A stretch of DNA of 64,000 bases from Lama glama (Eukaryota): the NCBI GenBank assembly GCA_028534125.1, contig CM052816.1, positions 96,350,001 to 96,414,000 on the forward strand. The letters are read 5' to 3'. The notes beneath the pieces were generated by a model. The model was not told where the DNA came from. It saw only the letters and a program-made list of their open reading frames with translations, and did no database searches. Positions 12,120 to 24,697 of the stretch are shown here, in pieces. How positions within the stretch are numbered: position 1 is the first letter of the stretch; the number at the start of each line of letters is the position of its first letter. A program made the translations under genes and the position numbers.

Positions 12120-12285
12120 GCCCATGTAAAATGGTACAGCTTCTCTGGGGAGCAACTGATCATTGTCTTATAAATTACACGCAGATTTTCCATATGACCC
12201 AGCGACTGCACTCCTACAGAAGTGAATTTTATATTCACACAATTACCTGTGGGAGAATGTTACAGCACCTCTATTCAGAATGTTT
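12120..12285 (+). mobile_element. Old L1 ORF2-end fragment
   Basis: tgtaaaatggtacagc...ccatatgacccagcgactgcactccta. Confidence 0.7.
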
Positions 12286-12589
12286 CTACTCTCCTTAGCA
12301 AGTGGTCTTTTCCCTCCTGCAACTCCAAGTGTTAGCTCTACTCCAGACAGGAAGCAGGTAAGAGGGGATGGGGAGCGCAGGGTGCTCCTGGGGCACGGCA
12401 GCAATATGTTCCTAAGAACTGCTGGCAGATGGTTGCGCCATCCCATTCGGTTAAACCTCCAGGTGCAGGAGAGGTTGGAAAGTGTCCTTCCTTACCTGGT
12501 ACAGTGCAATTTCAAACAAAGGAAAGCTTCCCTTGGGAAGGAGGGCAGACTGGTGACTCTTTGGATAAGAAGCACTACCTGCCATATAA

Positions 12590-13030
12590 ACTCGTCATCC
12601 AGAGACGACTGTCACCACTTAATGTCCATTCTATTGAGAATATGCAAATATTTGTATAAATACCATTCAACCCATTTTTCTTCCATTAACCTTTTACATA
12701 AATACGTTCCGTGCAACACAGTGTTTGCTTCCTTGTCACGTCAAGTGGCTCCATCGTCCCCCGCCAGGAATGTGCAGCCCCTGTTTGGGGGAAGTTAGGT
12801 GGTTTCCAAGTGTCATTAAAAACAAGGCTGTGATGACTATCTTGGTAAGTACGTCTTAGGACATTTCCTGTAAATGAAATTACTGGGTCCAAGCTAGGAA
12901 TGTATTTGAGGCTTTTGATTTGATGACAAAACCGCCCTTTAGAAAATTTATCCCAATTTATATTCCTACCCTGTTTCCAAGCACCTTCACTGGTGCTAAG
13001 GGGGACCATCTTTTAAAAAATCTTTGGTGC
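12590..13030 (-). mobile_element. Old L1 (L1ME-type) fragment
   Basis: ttaggtggtttccaa...gctgtgatgactatcttg...gaaattactgggtcca. Confidence 0.6.
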
Positions 13031-14039
13031 CATCCTCCTGGAATTGTGAGAGATGCTAAGAAGACGCAGATAGTTACTTAGGAGAAGCTGGGCCCCATCC
13101 ATGTGAAATGCATAAACCGTCTCTACTGAAAGATTACAGGAACTGCTCATGGGGCCGTGGTGTGTTTTAGTTGGCAGTCTTGGGGTTGCCCGGTCCTTTC
13201 CATGTTAGTGATGGAACATCAGTCCTTTGCCCCAAGGACCCCTTCCACTCCAGTGATTTTTGGAAGACCCTCGGTGGTGCCTAATGTATCCCCACAAATA
13301 ATCCTGAACCTTCGCCCTCCTGTCTTGGCAGCACACTGTTGTTCCACAGCTCTGCCAGCACAGCTCCTGGAAGACCCCACTGCCCCGGGATCCCGGGAGC
13401 GAAGACTCGGGCAGGTCTCAGAGCTGCCGCAGCTCCGGGCTGCAGGCTGGGGGATACAGAGGCCAGGAGGTGGGAGGGGCCTCCGCAGGAGGGTGTTTCA
13501 CTTTGTGACTCTGGACACAGGTCAGCTGCTCAGCAGCTCAAGTGACCAAGTTCTGAGAGGTCAGCGATCTGGAACGTCCGAATCCCTCCCTGGTTGGGAG
13601 GCTTAAACCAGCTCCAGAGACCCCAAGAAGCAGGTGTCCTTCACCCCTCAAAGTTCTCTTCTTCCCAATTTTAGTCTCTCCTTCACCAAAATGTTCCTTT
13701 CCCCCTCCCATTTTCAAAATCAAACACCTTGAATAATGAGAATGAAATGAATGGATCCAGCTGAGGGACTGAGGGGGCATTAACTGCCACCCCCCCACCG
13801 CTGAGCAAACTGCCCTCTCCTGTGTGCTGGCCCCGGGCTTGGTTGATTTTATGCTGCCGGGGTGGACGCCCCTGGTAACTCAGTGCCCTGAGCAAGGGTA
13901 AGATGGGGAGTGCAGCCAATGGTTAAATGATGGAATTGCTTCCTCTTTCACCTCTCCCCTCCCTCCCCATGCCTCCCCTCCCTCCTTCTCACCCTCCCTC
14001 TTTCCTTTTTGGTTGCCTTCTTTCTCCTTTCCCCTAACT

Positions 14040-14220
14040 CCATAATTTTGGCAAATGTACTTAATATCTGTGAATCTTCATCTCTTTATCTAGAAGATGA
14101 GGATAAAACTATATCGAGTCATAATGTCATTAGGAGGATTCCACGGGCTAATGTCTGTAAACCTGCAAGCACACTGTTTGACACCTAGAAAGGCTCAACT
14201 ACTAGAAATGATTATTTTTA
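14040..14220 (+). mobile_element. MIR SINE
   Basis: Degenerate MIR core and tail (ttggcaaatgtacttaat...atgaggataa...gaggatt...cacctagaaaggctcaa). Confidence 0.7.
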
Positions 14221-15134
14221 GCTGCTTTGCTACTAGAAAAAGTATAAACTCGTGCTTTCTAGCTCCTCTTCCTTCCTGGCTCATTCATCACGTGTCTTAC
14301 ATGTTCTCATGGTGGATCTTAAAATATTCCCCTCCTAAGGTCCCGGTGTCCTCCAAATCCCAGCGGGAAGTCCCCACTTCTGCCCCTTCATCTCCCTGTC
14401 CCAGCCTTGCTACATCCCTCCGCCCCATCCCTCCCTCCTGCAGGGCATGTGGGGGGAGTCTGTGTTCCTTTGGGCTGTTTCAGCGTATTAGCCCAGAGTT
14501 AGAGGCCCAAAGGCAAATGTGGACCATGGCAGATAAAAGGGTTAGAGACAAGAAGGGGCAGAATCAACGCTGAGGATTCACTCCTCTACAGGGCCTGCTG
14601 CTCTTTGGTTTCTGTAGGCTGTCAGCTTGCTGGAAACACACCAGTGATACCAACAGCTGTCTCACGAGGTTTATTTGCCAAAAAGCTGGGAATCCTGATT
14701 TTTAAGTGGTAACTAATCTAAAGGTTTATAGAAAAAAACAAGTCACTCAAGGAAAATTGAATATCTCTACATATCTGCATGGCTGAGATGACCAGGGACC
14801 ACCGGTTTTTCATCTCTGGCCTATAGTTGGATCCACTTACCTGTCTTGTAATCTGATGTCTTTTGGAAGATGTAGGAAATTAAGTGCTGTAAGTGTTTGA
14901 AGGCTGAGATGTTTCTGCTGACGCAGCAACCTCTTCTCAAGGCACAGCGGCGGCTCAGGAAGTCTGACGATGCTGTGCTCTGTTGGTTCCCTTCGATTCC
15001 TGAATTCAGGAGTGTGTGAGGGTGATTTTCCTTGGAGTCATCTAATCACTTATTTGGCTCTCACTAGAACGAATGCTACACAGATGAAATGAAAAGTCAT
15101 CACCTTAAAGCTCTGTCATATCTAAAATTTACTT

Positions 15135-15707
15135 TAATTTTTAATTGAAGTATAGTCAGTTTACAATGTGTTAATTTCTGGTGTACAGCATAGTGACTCA
15201 GCTACACATATATATGTGTATGTGTATATATATATAATATATATATATTCCTTTTCATATTATTTTTCATTGTAGGCTATTACAAGGTACTGAATGTAGT
15301 TCCCTGTGCTATACAGTAGGACTTTGTGGTTTATCTATTTTATGTACAGTAGTGTGTGTCTGCAAATGTCAAGCTCCCAGTTGATACTTCCCCCCACCAG
15401 CTTTCTCCCCTGGTAACCACAAGTTTGTTCTCTATGTCTGCGTCTGTCTCTGTTTTGTAAAAGTTCATTTGTGTTATTTTTTTGCTCCACACATAAGTGA
15501 TATCATATGGTATTTTTCTTTTTCTATCTGACTTACTTCATTTAGTATGACAATTTCCAGATCCATCTATGTTGCTGCAAACGGCATTATTCCATTGTTT
15601 TCTATGGCTGAGTAGTGTTCCATTGTATAAATATACCACAGATTCTTTATCCAGCCATCTATCAATGGACATTTAGGTTGCTTATATGTCTTGGCTATTG
15701 TAAATAG
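15135..15707 (-). mobile_element. 5'-truncated L1 3' end, camelid/artiodactyl type
   Basis: attgaagtatagtcagtttacaatg...cctgtgctatacagtagg...atggacatttaggttgc. Confidence 0.92.
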
Positions 15708-15807
15708 AAAACACTGTTCTTTTTTTAATTATAGGAAATTCAAAATATCTTCACAATGGGTTTGACTTAGCATTATATTTAATAGTTTGCATTGTTTAGA
15801 ATTAAAA

Positions 15808-16305
15808 TACGGTAGGCAGTATAGTGACTCCCATGTCCCTGAGATGTGCACACCCTAATCCCCAAAGCCTGTCAATAGGTTATGTTATATGGCAAAGGGG
15901 AACTAAGGTTGCAGGTGGAATTAAAGTTTGTTTATCAGCTGACCTTGACGTGGGGAGACTCTCCCTATGGGCCCTGTGTAATCACGAGAGTGGGATAGGG
16001 AGGCAGAAAGGTCAGAGATGGAGGGCTGTGATGTCACACAGACAAGATCAGCTGTTGCTGGGTTTGCAGATGGAGGAAGGGGCCTGTTGCCAGGGAATGT
16101 AGGCAGCCTCGAAAGCTGGAAAAGGCAGGTAACCAGATTCTTCCCAGAGCCCCCACAATGGAACATAGCCTTACAGACAGCTTGATTTTAGTCCCTGAAG
16201 CTCATTTTGGACTACGGTCAAAAATCAAGAACTGAAGATAATAAATTTGGGTTAAGACACTAAGTTTTTGGTTACTTGTCACAGCAGCAACAGAAACCCA
16301 ATAGA
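15808..16305 (+). mobile_element. MaLR solo LTR, MLT1D-like
   Basis: ggtaggcag...ctaatcccc...atggcaaa...aaggttgcaggtggaattaa...gctggaaaaggcag...acagcagcaacagaaac. Confidence 0.88.
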
Positions 16306-16361
16306 CCCGATTTTCCTCCCATTTTGTTCTTTATCTGATATTTGAAGTTTCTGATCCTTTC

Positions 16362-18343
16362 AAAATACTACAGCTGATAACAGAATTCAGTGAGGCAGCA
16401 GGACACAAGATCAGCATACAGAAACCAGTAGTGTTTCTTTACACTAACAATGAAATATCAGAAAAGGAAAGTAAAGAAATAATCCGTTTTAAAATTGCAT
16501 CCAAAAAAATAAAATACTTAGGAATAAATCTGACCAAGGAAGTGAAAGACTTGTATGTGGAGAACTACAAAACACTGACTAAGGAAATTAAAGAGGACTT
16601 AAAGAAACGGAAAGATATCCCATGTTCTTGGATTGGGAGAATTATTATTGTTAAAATGGCCACTCTGCCCAAACCAATCTACAGATTTAATGCAATCCAT
16701 ATCAAATTACCCAGGACATTTTTCACAAAACTAGAAAAAATCATCCTAAAATTTATATGAAATCACAAAAGACCCAGAACTGCCAGAACATTACTGAATA
16801 AAAAGAATGAAGTTGGAAGAATAACCTTCACAGACTTCAGACAATACTACAGAGCTACAGTAATCAAAACAGCATGTGTTGGTACAAAAACAGGCATATG
16901 GATTAATGGAAAAGAATAGAGAGCCTAGAAATGAACTCACAAATTTTTGGTCAATTAATCTTTGACAAAGGAGGCAAGAACTTACAATGGAATAAAGACA
17001 GTCTCTTCAGCAAATGGTGTTGGGAAACAGGACAGCTGCATGTATATCAATGAAGTTAGAATACTCCCTCATACCATACACAAAAATAAACTCAAAATGA
17101 TTTAAAGATGTAAACATAAGACAAGACAATTAATCTCCTAGAAGAAAACATAGGCAAAACATTCTCTGACATACATCTCAACAATGTTCTCCTAGGGCAG
17201 TCTACCCAAGCAATAGAAATAAAAGCAAAAATAAACAAATGGGACCTAGTTAAACTTACAAGCTTTTACACAGCAAAGGAAACCATAAGCAAAACAAAAT
17301 GACAACCTATGGACTGGGAGAAAATATTTGCAAAAGATGAGACTGACAAGGGCTTAATTTCCAGAATATATAAACAGCTCATACAACTTAATAAGAAAAA
17401 AACAAACATCCCAATTCAAAAATGAGCAGAAGACCAAAAAAAAAATTCTCCAGTGAAGACATATGAATGGCCAATAGACACATGAAAAAAATGCTCAATA
17501 TCACTAATTATCAGAGAAATGCAAATCAAAGCTACAATGAGGTATCACCTAACATCAGTCAGAATGGCCATCATTCAAAAGTCTACAAATGATAAACACT
17601 GGAGAGGCCATGGAGAAAAGGGAACCCTCCCTCCTATACTGCTGGTGGGAATGTAGTTTGGTGAAGCCATTATGGAAAACAGTATGGAGATTCCTCAAAA
17701 ACTAAAAATAGACTTACCATATGATCCAGCAATCCCACTACTGGACATATATCCAGATGGAACCTTAATTTAAAAAGATACCTGCACCCCAGTGTTCATA
17801 GCAGCACTATTTATAATAGCCAAAACATGGAAACAATCTAAATGTCCATCAACAGATAACTGGATAAAGAAGTTGTGGTATCTTTATATGGTGGAATACT
17901 ACTTAGCCATGAAAATAATAATGCCATTTGCAACAACATGGATGGACCTGGAGAATGTCACTCTAAGTGAAGTAAGCCAGAAAGAGAAAGAAAAATACCG
18001 TATGAGATCACTCATATGTGGAATCTCTAAAAAATAAAGACATAAACTTATTTACAAAACAGAAACAGATTCATAGACATAAATGGGGGAAAGAGGGTGG
18101 GAAGCAATAAATTGGGAGTTCGAGATTTGCAGACTGACTGGCATATATAAAATAGATGAGCAAGTTTCTACTGTATAGCACAGGGAACTATATTAGATGT
18201 CTTGTAGTAGCTTATGGTGAAAAAGAATATGAAAATGAATGTATGTATATTCACGTATGACTGAAGTGTTGTGCTGTACACCAGAAATTGACACAGCATT
18301 ATAAACTGACTGTACTTCGATAAAAACAAATAAATAAGTAAAA
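16362..18343 (+). mobile_element. 5'-truncated L1 (~2 kb): disrupted ORF2 C-terminal half plus 3' UTR
   Basis: ORFs 16431-16760 (KIKYLGINLTKEVKDLY...IPCSWIGRI) and 17792-18037 (FIAALFIIAKTWKQSKCPS) are L1 ORF2p, with stops and frameshifts between them. A-rich tail at ~18320-18343. Confidence 0.97.
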
Positions 18344-18699
18344 CGGGAGTGATTTCTGTCTCCTAGCTGTGGGAGTACAAATGAGACCACATCTGGGAAG
18401 ACTGTTCCCTAAAGAGTTACAAGCATGTTTATGGCATTAAAACTTACAGTCTGTTTTGCTGACCAAAGTCTTTATTTTCAATTTTCCCCTCTCTGTGAGA
18501 AATATTATTGGTGCCTAAAATATGAAAGTTTGAGGAACTTTATTACTAGCCTGAAGCTATGTTGTCTCCTTGGCATATCACAAACAGAGACAGTAAATGT
18601 TACAATATGTGTTTGGGCGACAAAATCTAACTGGGAATGACAGTGTAGCAGCCTGTACGTTGTCTCTCACCATGAACCCACCCAAGCTCGTTGCATCCT

Positions 18700-18850
18700 T
18701 AAACCATGCCTACTGAGGTAGGTCCCAGTATTATCCTACCTCTCAGATGAGAAAACTGAAGCTCCGAGGTGTTAAGCAACTTTCCTGAAGCCACGTGGTT
18801 AATGAGTGATGGGCCAGGATCTGCACCGAGGCCAGTCTGCTCCACAGTGG
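18700..18850 (-). mobile_element. MIR SINE
   Basis: cagatgagaaaactgaagctc...ttaagcaactttcctgaagccac. Confidence 0.8.
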
Positions 18851-19919
18851 TGTTCCTGGCCGCCGTGCTCTGATTCCTGGAAATGAGACATTTCTGTTTA
18901 TTCCTCAGCATTAGTTACACTCCACCACCATCCGGTGCAGCGTGGAGATCCCTGATCAGGCAGCTGGAATGGTCTTGATTAGGACAAAAACACACACACA
19001 GTCACCCATCCCTCTGGCTGGTGATTTACTCAGGCTGGCCCAAGCCCATGCGGGTCATTGCAATGGGAGGAATTAATTGATTACATTCCATTTCTCATCC
19101 CCTAAAATGGGGTTAATAATTGCAGCTATTGTGTAGGTCGTTAATGAGGATTGAGTGAGTTCATTTAGAAGGAGAGCTGGCTCTAGATCAATGTTGGCTT
19201 TTAGTTCTTCTGCAAATTAATATCCATTGATGATTACAATGGATGGAGCTTTCTGCTGCAATTGTTTGGAAGAAATATTTTGATTTAAAAAAAGCCATGT
19301 CAAGTAGTGAGAAGGACTCCAGGGATACTCGCAGAGTGGATTCTCTGGAAGAAACACAGAAAGGGAAAGAGAAGCCCTGAGACCTGGTCTAGGAGGGCAG
19401 AACTCGGCTGGCAAAACCCCTAGAGTTGAATGTGAGGAAGAGGAACTTGGATTCTTAAATTGTTTAGGGAATTTACTAGGAAACCTCCCCTTAGTCTCAG
19501 CTTGACTCAGAGAGACTGGTCGGAAATGAACTTGGTGACCACTGAACGTGCTCGCTCTGTGTTTGGAGGTGAGTCAGGGGGGCGCATCGCCAGACCAGGA
19601 TCGAAGGACAAACAGGGCCGAGGACAGGATTTCGGGGGAAAACTAAGCTAGGAGTTTCTCTGTTATGGATAAATTTCGTTAGGATAGTGTCTCTGATTGA
19701 GGGTGTATGGTAGTAATGAATGACCAGGAAATGCAATATTCTGAAAGCTCTGTAGAAGCAGTCTTAAGGGGAAAATAAGATTGCTACTGAAGTAAACACA
19801 GCACCAGTGGCCGATCTGGGAGAACCAGGTTTCACTATAGTTGTAATTCCCTCACTTAATGAAAAATCCCTTCATAATATTAACTAATATTAAAACATTT
19901 TGGTTACACCAATTGGTTA

Positions 19920-20190
19920 TACATTTACTCAATCAATGAACCTTTCTTACACACACTTTATGCCAGGTATCCTGCCCGGTGCTGGGAAGACGGTGATTAA
20001 TTGGTCAGGGTCTCTGTTCACGATGAGGTCACGCCGAGCAACTCTGCAGGAGAGGAAGCAATACCGTGTGGTCAGCATGAAGGGCTCGGAGAGCAGCTGA
20101 CCTCTCAGAGCGGACAGCCTCCGTGGAAAGGTGATGTCCTTGCTGCCCTTTTAAGGGGAGAAGAATTCCTCTGCGGGTGGAGAGCAGCAA
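19920..20190 (-). mobile_element. L2 3' fragment
   Basis: tatgccagg...gtgctgggaagacggtg pattern of the antisense L2 tail. Confidence 0.6.
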
Positions 20191-23100
20191 AGCTAACGTG
20201 TCGAATAATCCCATTTGCTTCTCCAGATCTGTTCTCCTCCAGTCTCCTTGGTTCTTGCCTTTATGGGCTGTTTCAGTTGGTTTCTTTGTCCCAGCTTCCA
20301 AATGAACTTGTGCAATGAAGGGTACAGGAAGAAGATCACAGTTTGGAAGGAAAAGAAAGTTTGAATATTCACCCTGGTTCCCCGCCTCCTGGACCGTGGG
20401 TGGATGGCGCTATGGTCTTTCCCTGAAGGGCGCTGCTTCTTGTGGGCCACCCTTTTCTGTAGCCACGGCTCTCTCTTTGGGTTCTGGAAGCTGCCTCCCC
20501 CCTCGACATACACCTCTGTTGGTCATAGCTTTACAGTTGCTAAATTTGGGGTGCTGAAACGTCTTTTTGGTTCTATTTTATCCTTGCACACGTCATTATC
20601 AATATCCCATCTGAACATGTTAATTCCTCTTGGGAAAACTACTGATGCCACAAGTTCCTTCCACGTGTCTGAAATGTACAACTTAAATGTAGTGGCGATT
20701 GTTGATTTTCTCAGAAAGGGTGTCCACTGAAAACATCAATCATAAGGGCTCTGTCCTGTTTAGTCTTGCACTCACTGTCAACCATGATTTAACCTGCAAT
20801 AAACCAGGAATTATGTAGTATCTTTTTACTGCTATTCAAACTCTATATTTTCTCATCTATAGTTGTAGGAATAACTTATCCTTTTTTTTAATTAACAAAC
20901 TGCTATGATAGAGTTTGAAGGAAGACTATATTTAAGCATATTCTCTAAGGAGTAATGGAATAGTGCAATTTAAAAACAGCTCATTAGCAACAAGAATGTT
21001 AACTAGGATATTAAAGAAACATTTGAAATTATTAAGTGCTTTTTATTGTTTCTTAATTTATGCCCATATAGAGGAGCCATCTCAGTGGTTCTTATAACAC
21101 ATGATCATATTATGAATCATTTAAAGGTCAGGGAAAAGTGGTCATTATTAAAATTGAAATTAACTTTGAATAACATTTAAGGTTATTTTGTTTTACATTC
21201 ATGATCATATTACTTTCACTGACGTTAGCGGGTTTTACTTTGTGCATCATATGAATGGTGCTTAATCCTTCCATCACCATGGGAGAAATCAAATTTTATG
21301 AACTTTCTGTTATGATATCATCTCTTTTCCTTTCGGTATTTTCACATTATGGAAGGAGCTACGGCTACAAAAAAAAAAAAAGTGGGTTAAAGTCAAGGAG
21401 CCTTTCAACCAAACTGCTGGATGATTCTCCCTTGACTTCTCGTTCCCTTTCTTTTAAAAGAATGTCATGTGGGTTTTCTGATCCGTTAGAGTTAGAATAA
21501 GTCATCTGTCTATAATGTGTGTGTGTTGGGAGAATGGGGGTGGGTGGCTGGGCGCTGCGTGTTCTCGTCAGAGTCACAAAGAGGTGGTTATTATAGGAAA
21601 AGATGTCAGGAGATATGATCCTATATAATATATAATTACGATCTGGGATGGAAGGTTTACTATTTGCTCTTCATCATATGAATCCAGGTGAAGCTATAGA
21701 GGAAGTTAGATAAGTTCTGGGTTCACAAAGCTTATATGGATGCAGAATGCAGAGCAAGACAAGCCATCAGAAGGAGCTAGTGGCTGACAGCCCATTAACC
21801 CGAACACTCCCTGAAGGTGGGACTGTTCTGAGAAACACCTGCTTTCTTGATTCTCTTGAGAGAAACCCAGGCAAGTGCTTCTGAACTTTCTGTTATAAAA
21901 TTGTTATCTTTTAATTGCTTTTTCTCTCAAATAAGCAAAGGTTTTCCCTTGGGGAAATCTGAAAGATCTGACAGACCTGTCCACCAGTGTGCACACGTGT
22001 GCCTTACCCTTTCCTGCATTAATTTGCTACACATTTAAAAAGGAAAAAAAGTGCAAAATCTTTACTATCAAAACTAAATTAATCAATGGGTCTGTTTATT
22101 AGGGTATCAAAGAAGGAGGCCACCACCCAGCGAAGCTGAACTTATTTCGTGCTTGTTACAAAGAAAGTTATGCTTGTAGGAACAGCCTCTGTAAGCATAT
22201 CAGGGGGCCGTTTCGTACGGGATTCTGGGGAGCGCGTAGCTACGAGGCTGTGAACCTTGACAGGTGGAAGTGCTGGGGCGTTTGCTTTGTTACCTGGGCA
22301 GTCCCCGTCACTAGGGTGTGTATGGTGCTGACGGGCTCGCTTTCAAAACAGTGGTTGCTGACACGCGGATGCTGCCCACAGGTGGACTTCCAGCAGGGTG
22401 GCCTGCCACCGACTGGCTGGCTTTAAAAATGATGTCATGGAGCTGAGCTGCCATTGATCCATTGGAAGTGATTAAAACTGGTTCTTGTTGTTACTTGTTA
22501 GCACGGCTATAGGACCATCCACATTTCCTGAGCGTGAGGGAACTCTTGTTCAAAATCTCCCTTTTTGATCGTCCTTTATCAAAGTTGCAGCCAGAAGTGC
22601 TGAGTGTCCTCCATGCTGAGGTTTCTCTAATAGTTTGATTTATGGTTGGTGTGTCTGATTTATAGTTTGTGCACCAATATTTCATTCCTGTGTGTGCCTT
22701 TGGGTCCTTATTGGATAATTTGGTGCAGCGTATCTTTACCTCATTCTCTATTCTTTATAGTCCTAAATACTTTGATCCTTCTAGCATTTTATAGTAATAT
22801 ATATGGTTTCAAATGTTTGAGTCTCCTTAGGGATCCGATTTGTAGTATGATCGCAAAAGAAGCACCATGAACAATCATCAAAGAGAAAGTATGGTAGAAA
22901 GTATAGATCCAGGCACATGACCAGACTGAGTTACGTTTTTTATGTAAGTAAAATTATAGCCACTCTGCCTGGGATGTTTATCAGTCTACTATTTGTTAAG
23001 GATAATTAATGATGAGAATATCCTTGACGAAGATGTATTTTAATAGCACTGATCGCAATTGTGGACATTATTTGAGGTTTCCTGAGAACTGGCAAGGGAT

Positions 23101-23751
23101 AACACGTCTGACAATTCTTAAAATTGTTCACACTAGCAATAGATTGTGAAACCTGAATTTTAAAGTTTAGGGTGGTGATTGTCTGTAGTGAAACATAGAC
23201 TTAGGCAAGTTGTTATTAATATTTAAGTCAGAAGTGTAAAATAAAAACTGATAAAAAATATTGCCCAAAGAATTGGGACCAAAAATATAACCAAAAATTA
23301 TGCAAACAAAAATGTGATGATCAGTGGTTCGAGGGATGTAAAAAGGATCCTGGTCTGACGGTCTTGTACAGAAGCTCACTCCGCTTTTGTAGAGGCTTGC
23401 AGGTTATGAGGACAGATAATTTTATGACTGAAAAAGCCTTAACTAAAACACTAACAAGTTTCCCAGTAAAGTATTTCCCTCTGTCACTGGTGGATGAGTT
23501 ATAACTTCCTAACTAAAAACCACAAAATATTTGCTTTCTTTTTCTTTTTTTTTTTAATGAAGGGATTGTTTCTGCCTGTTTAGGGAAATAAATGTAATAT
23601 GACATATCTACAGCCCACAGTGGGAGACAGTTGTATAAAATTGTAAAAGTTGTAAGGAAGAGCTTTTTAAACTTTGACTCTGATCAGTGTTCTAACTTGA
23701 CAGTTTTTTCCATGAACTTATCTTTCTGTTCTTTCAAAAGTCCTTTAGTCA

Positions 23752-23777
23752 AAATGACTATAACTCAATTAAAAAAT
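23752..23777 (+). mobile_element. Ultra-short (26 nt) L1 3' terminus with a perfect 15-bp TSD
   Basis: aaagtcctttagtca at 23737-23751 and 23778-23792. The insert aaatgactataactcaattaaaaaat resembles the L1 end at 15137-15162 (reverse complement). Confidence 0.8.
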
Positions 23778-24697
23778 AAAGTCCTTTAGTCAGAACAGAG
23801 TGTTTATTATGAAGGTCTGTTAAATTTTTTCCTTTATCTTTTTTTTTCCTTTTCATTGTGGACTTCTACCCTTTGGAGATAATATCTTCACATCAAGTAA
23901 TTTTTATGCTTTTAGGCCATATTCACAGGGGTCCCCAAGGAAGCTAAGAACGCTCTTGCTTCCATGGCATCCTGAAATCATGGGCTATTTCAAAAGCATA
24001 TTGATGGTGAGTGTGTATATTAAAGTGTATATTTCAACGTTAGCAATTTAACGTGTCCCAGAGATGGCTACACATTCATCCGTTTGAGATGATTTGCCAT
24101 CTGGTACAGAATTGATTCTACAAGGGAATCCAATGTTTTATTGAAGAATAAGCCTGATATTGTCTCTCTTCATTTAAAAAATAAAACCTTGTAAAGGAAC
24201 GATATTAAGCTAGGATTTTGTATGAAAATGTACAGTGAATCTGTCACGGGGGTGTATGCATCTCAGACTCAGAAACACAATCACAATCTTGAGATTTCCA
24301 CAGTGTGCTGCTGACATCCCTGGAGCACAGTGCACTCTTTCATGCGCTATACAATGAGAGTTATGATTTTCTGAGAAAAATCACGATGGCATTTTAAGGA
24401 CTTTTTCTCATCATCCTGTTGAGGTCTGAAGAGTCCTTTTGCTGACAGAGTTTCTTGGAATATGACTTTTTAAAGATTATATTTTGAATCAATGTCATTA
24501 TATTAATGTCTAAATTAGTTTAATTTGATTAGGTATAGAAGAACTTTCAGGCACTTCTAAAATCAGTCCTTCTGCAGGACATTTTATCGGTTGTTCTTTT
24601 TTCAGAGCCGATCTCTGCTCTTTAAATTCTGCAGAGCTTATGCATCAGAGGACACTGTGTTCCTCTGATAATGATCCCAAAATAACAGCTACAGTTT

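Larger units (their letters stand above)
14860..16350 (-). repeat. Right arm of the inverted duplication, in pieces (14860-15115, 15708-15807, 16306-16350; weaker 18345-18400)
   Basis: Collinear similarity to 130-565 resumes on the far side of each inserted element. Confidence 0.8.

Noticed and set aside
16431..18037. Reverse-transcriptase-related ORFs as an active element or host gene
   Set aside because: 5'-truncated L1 ORF2 with stops and frameshifts.
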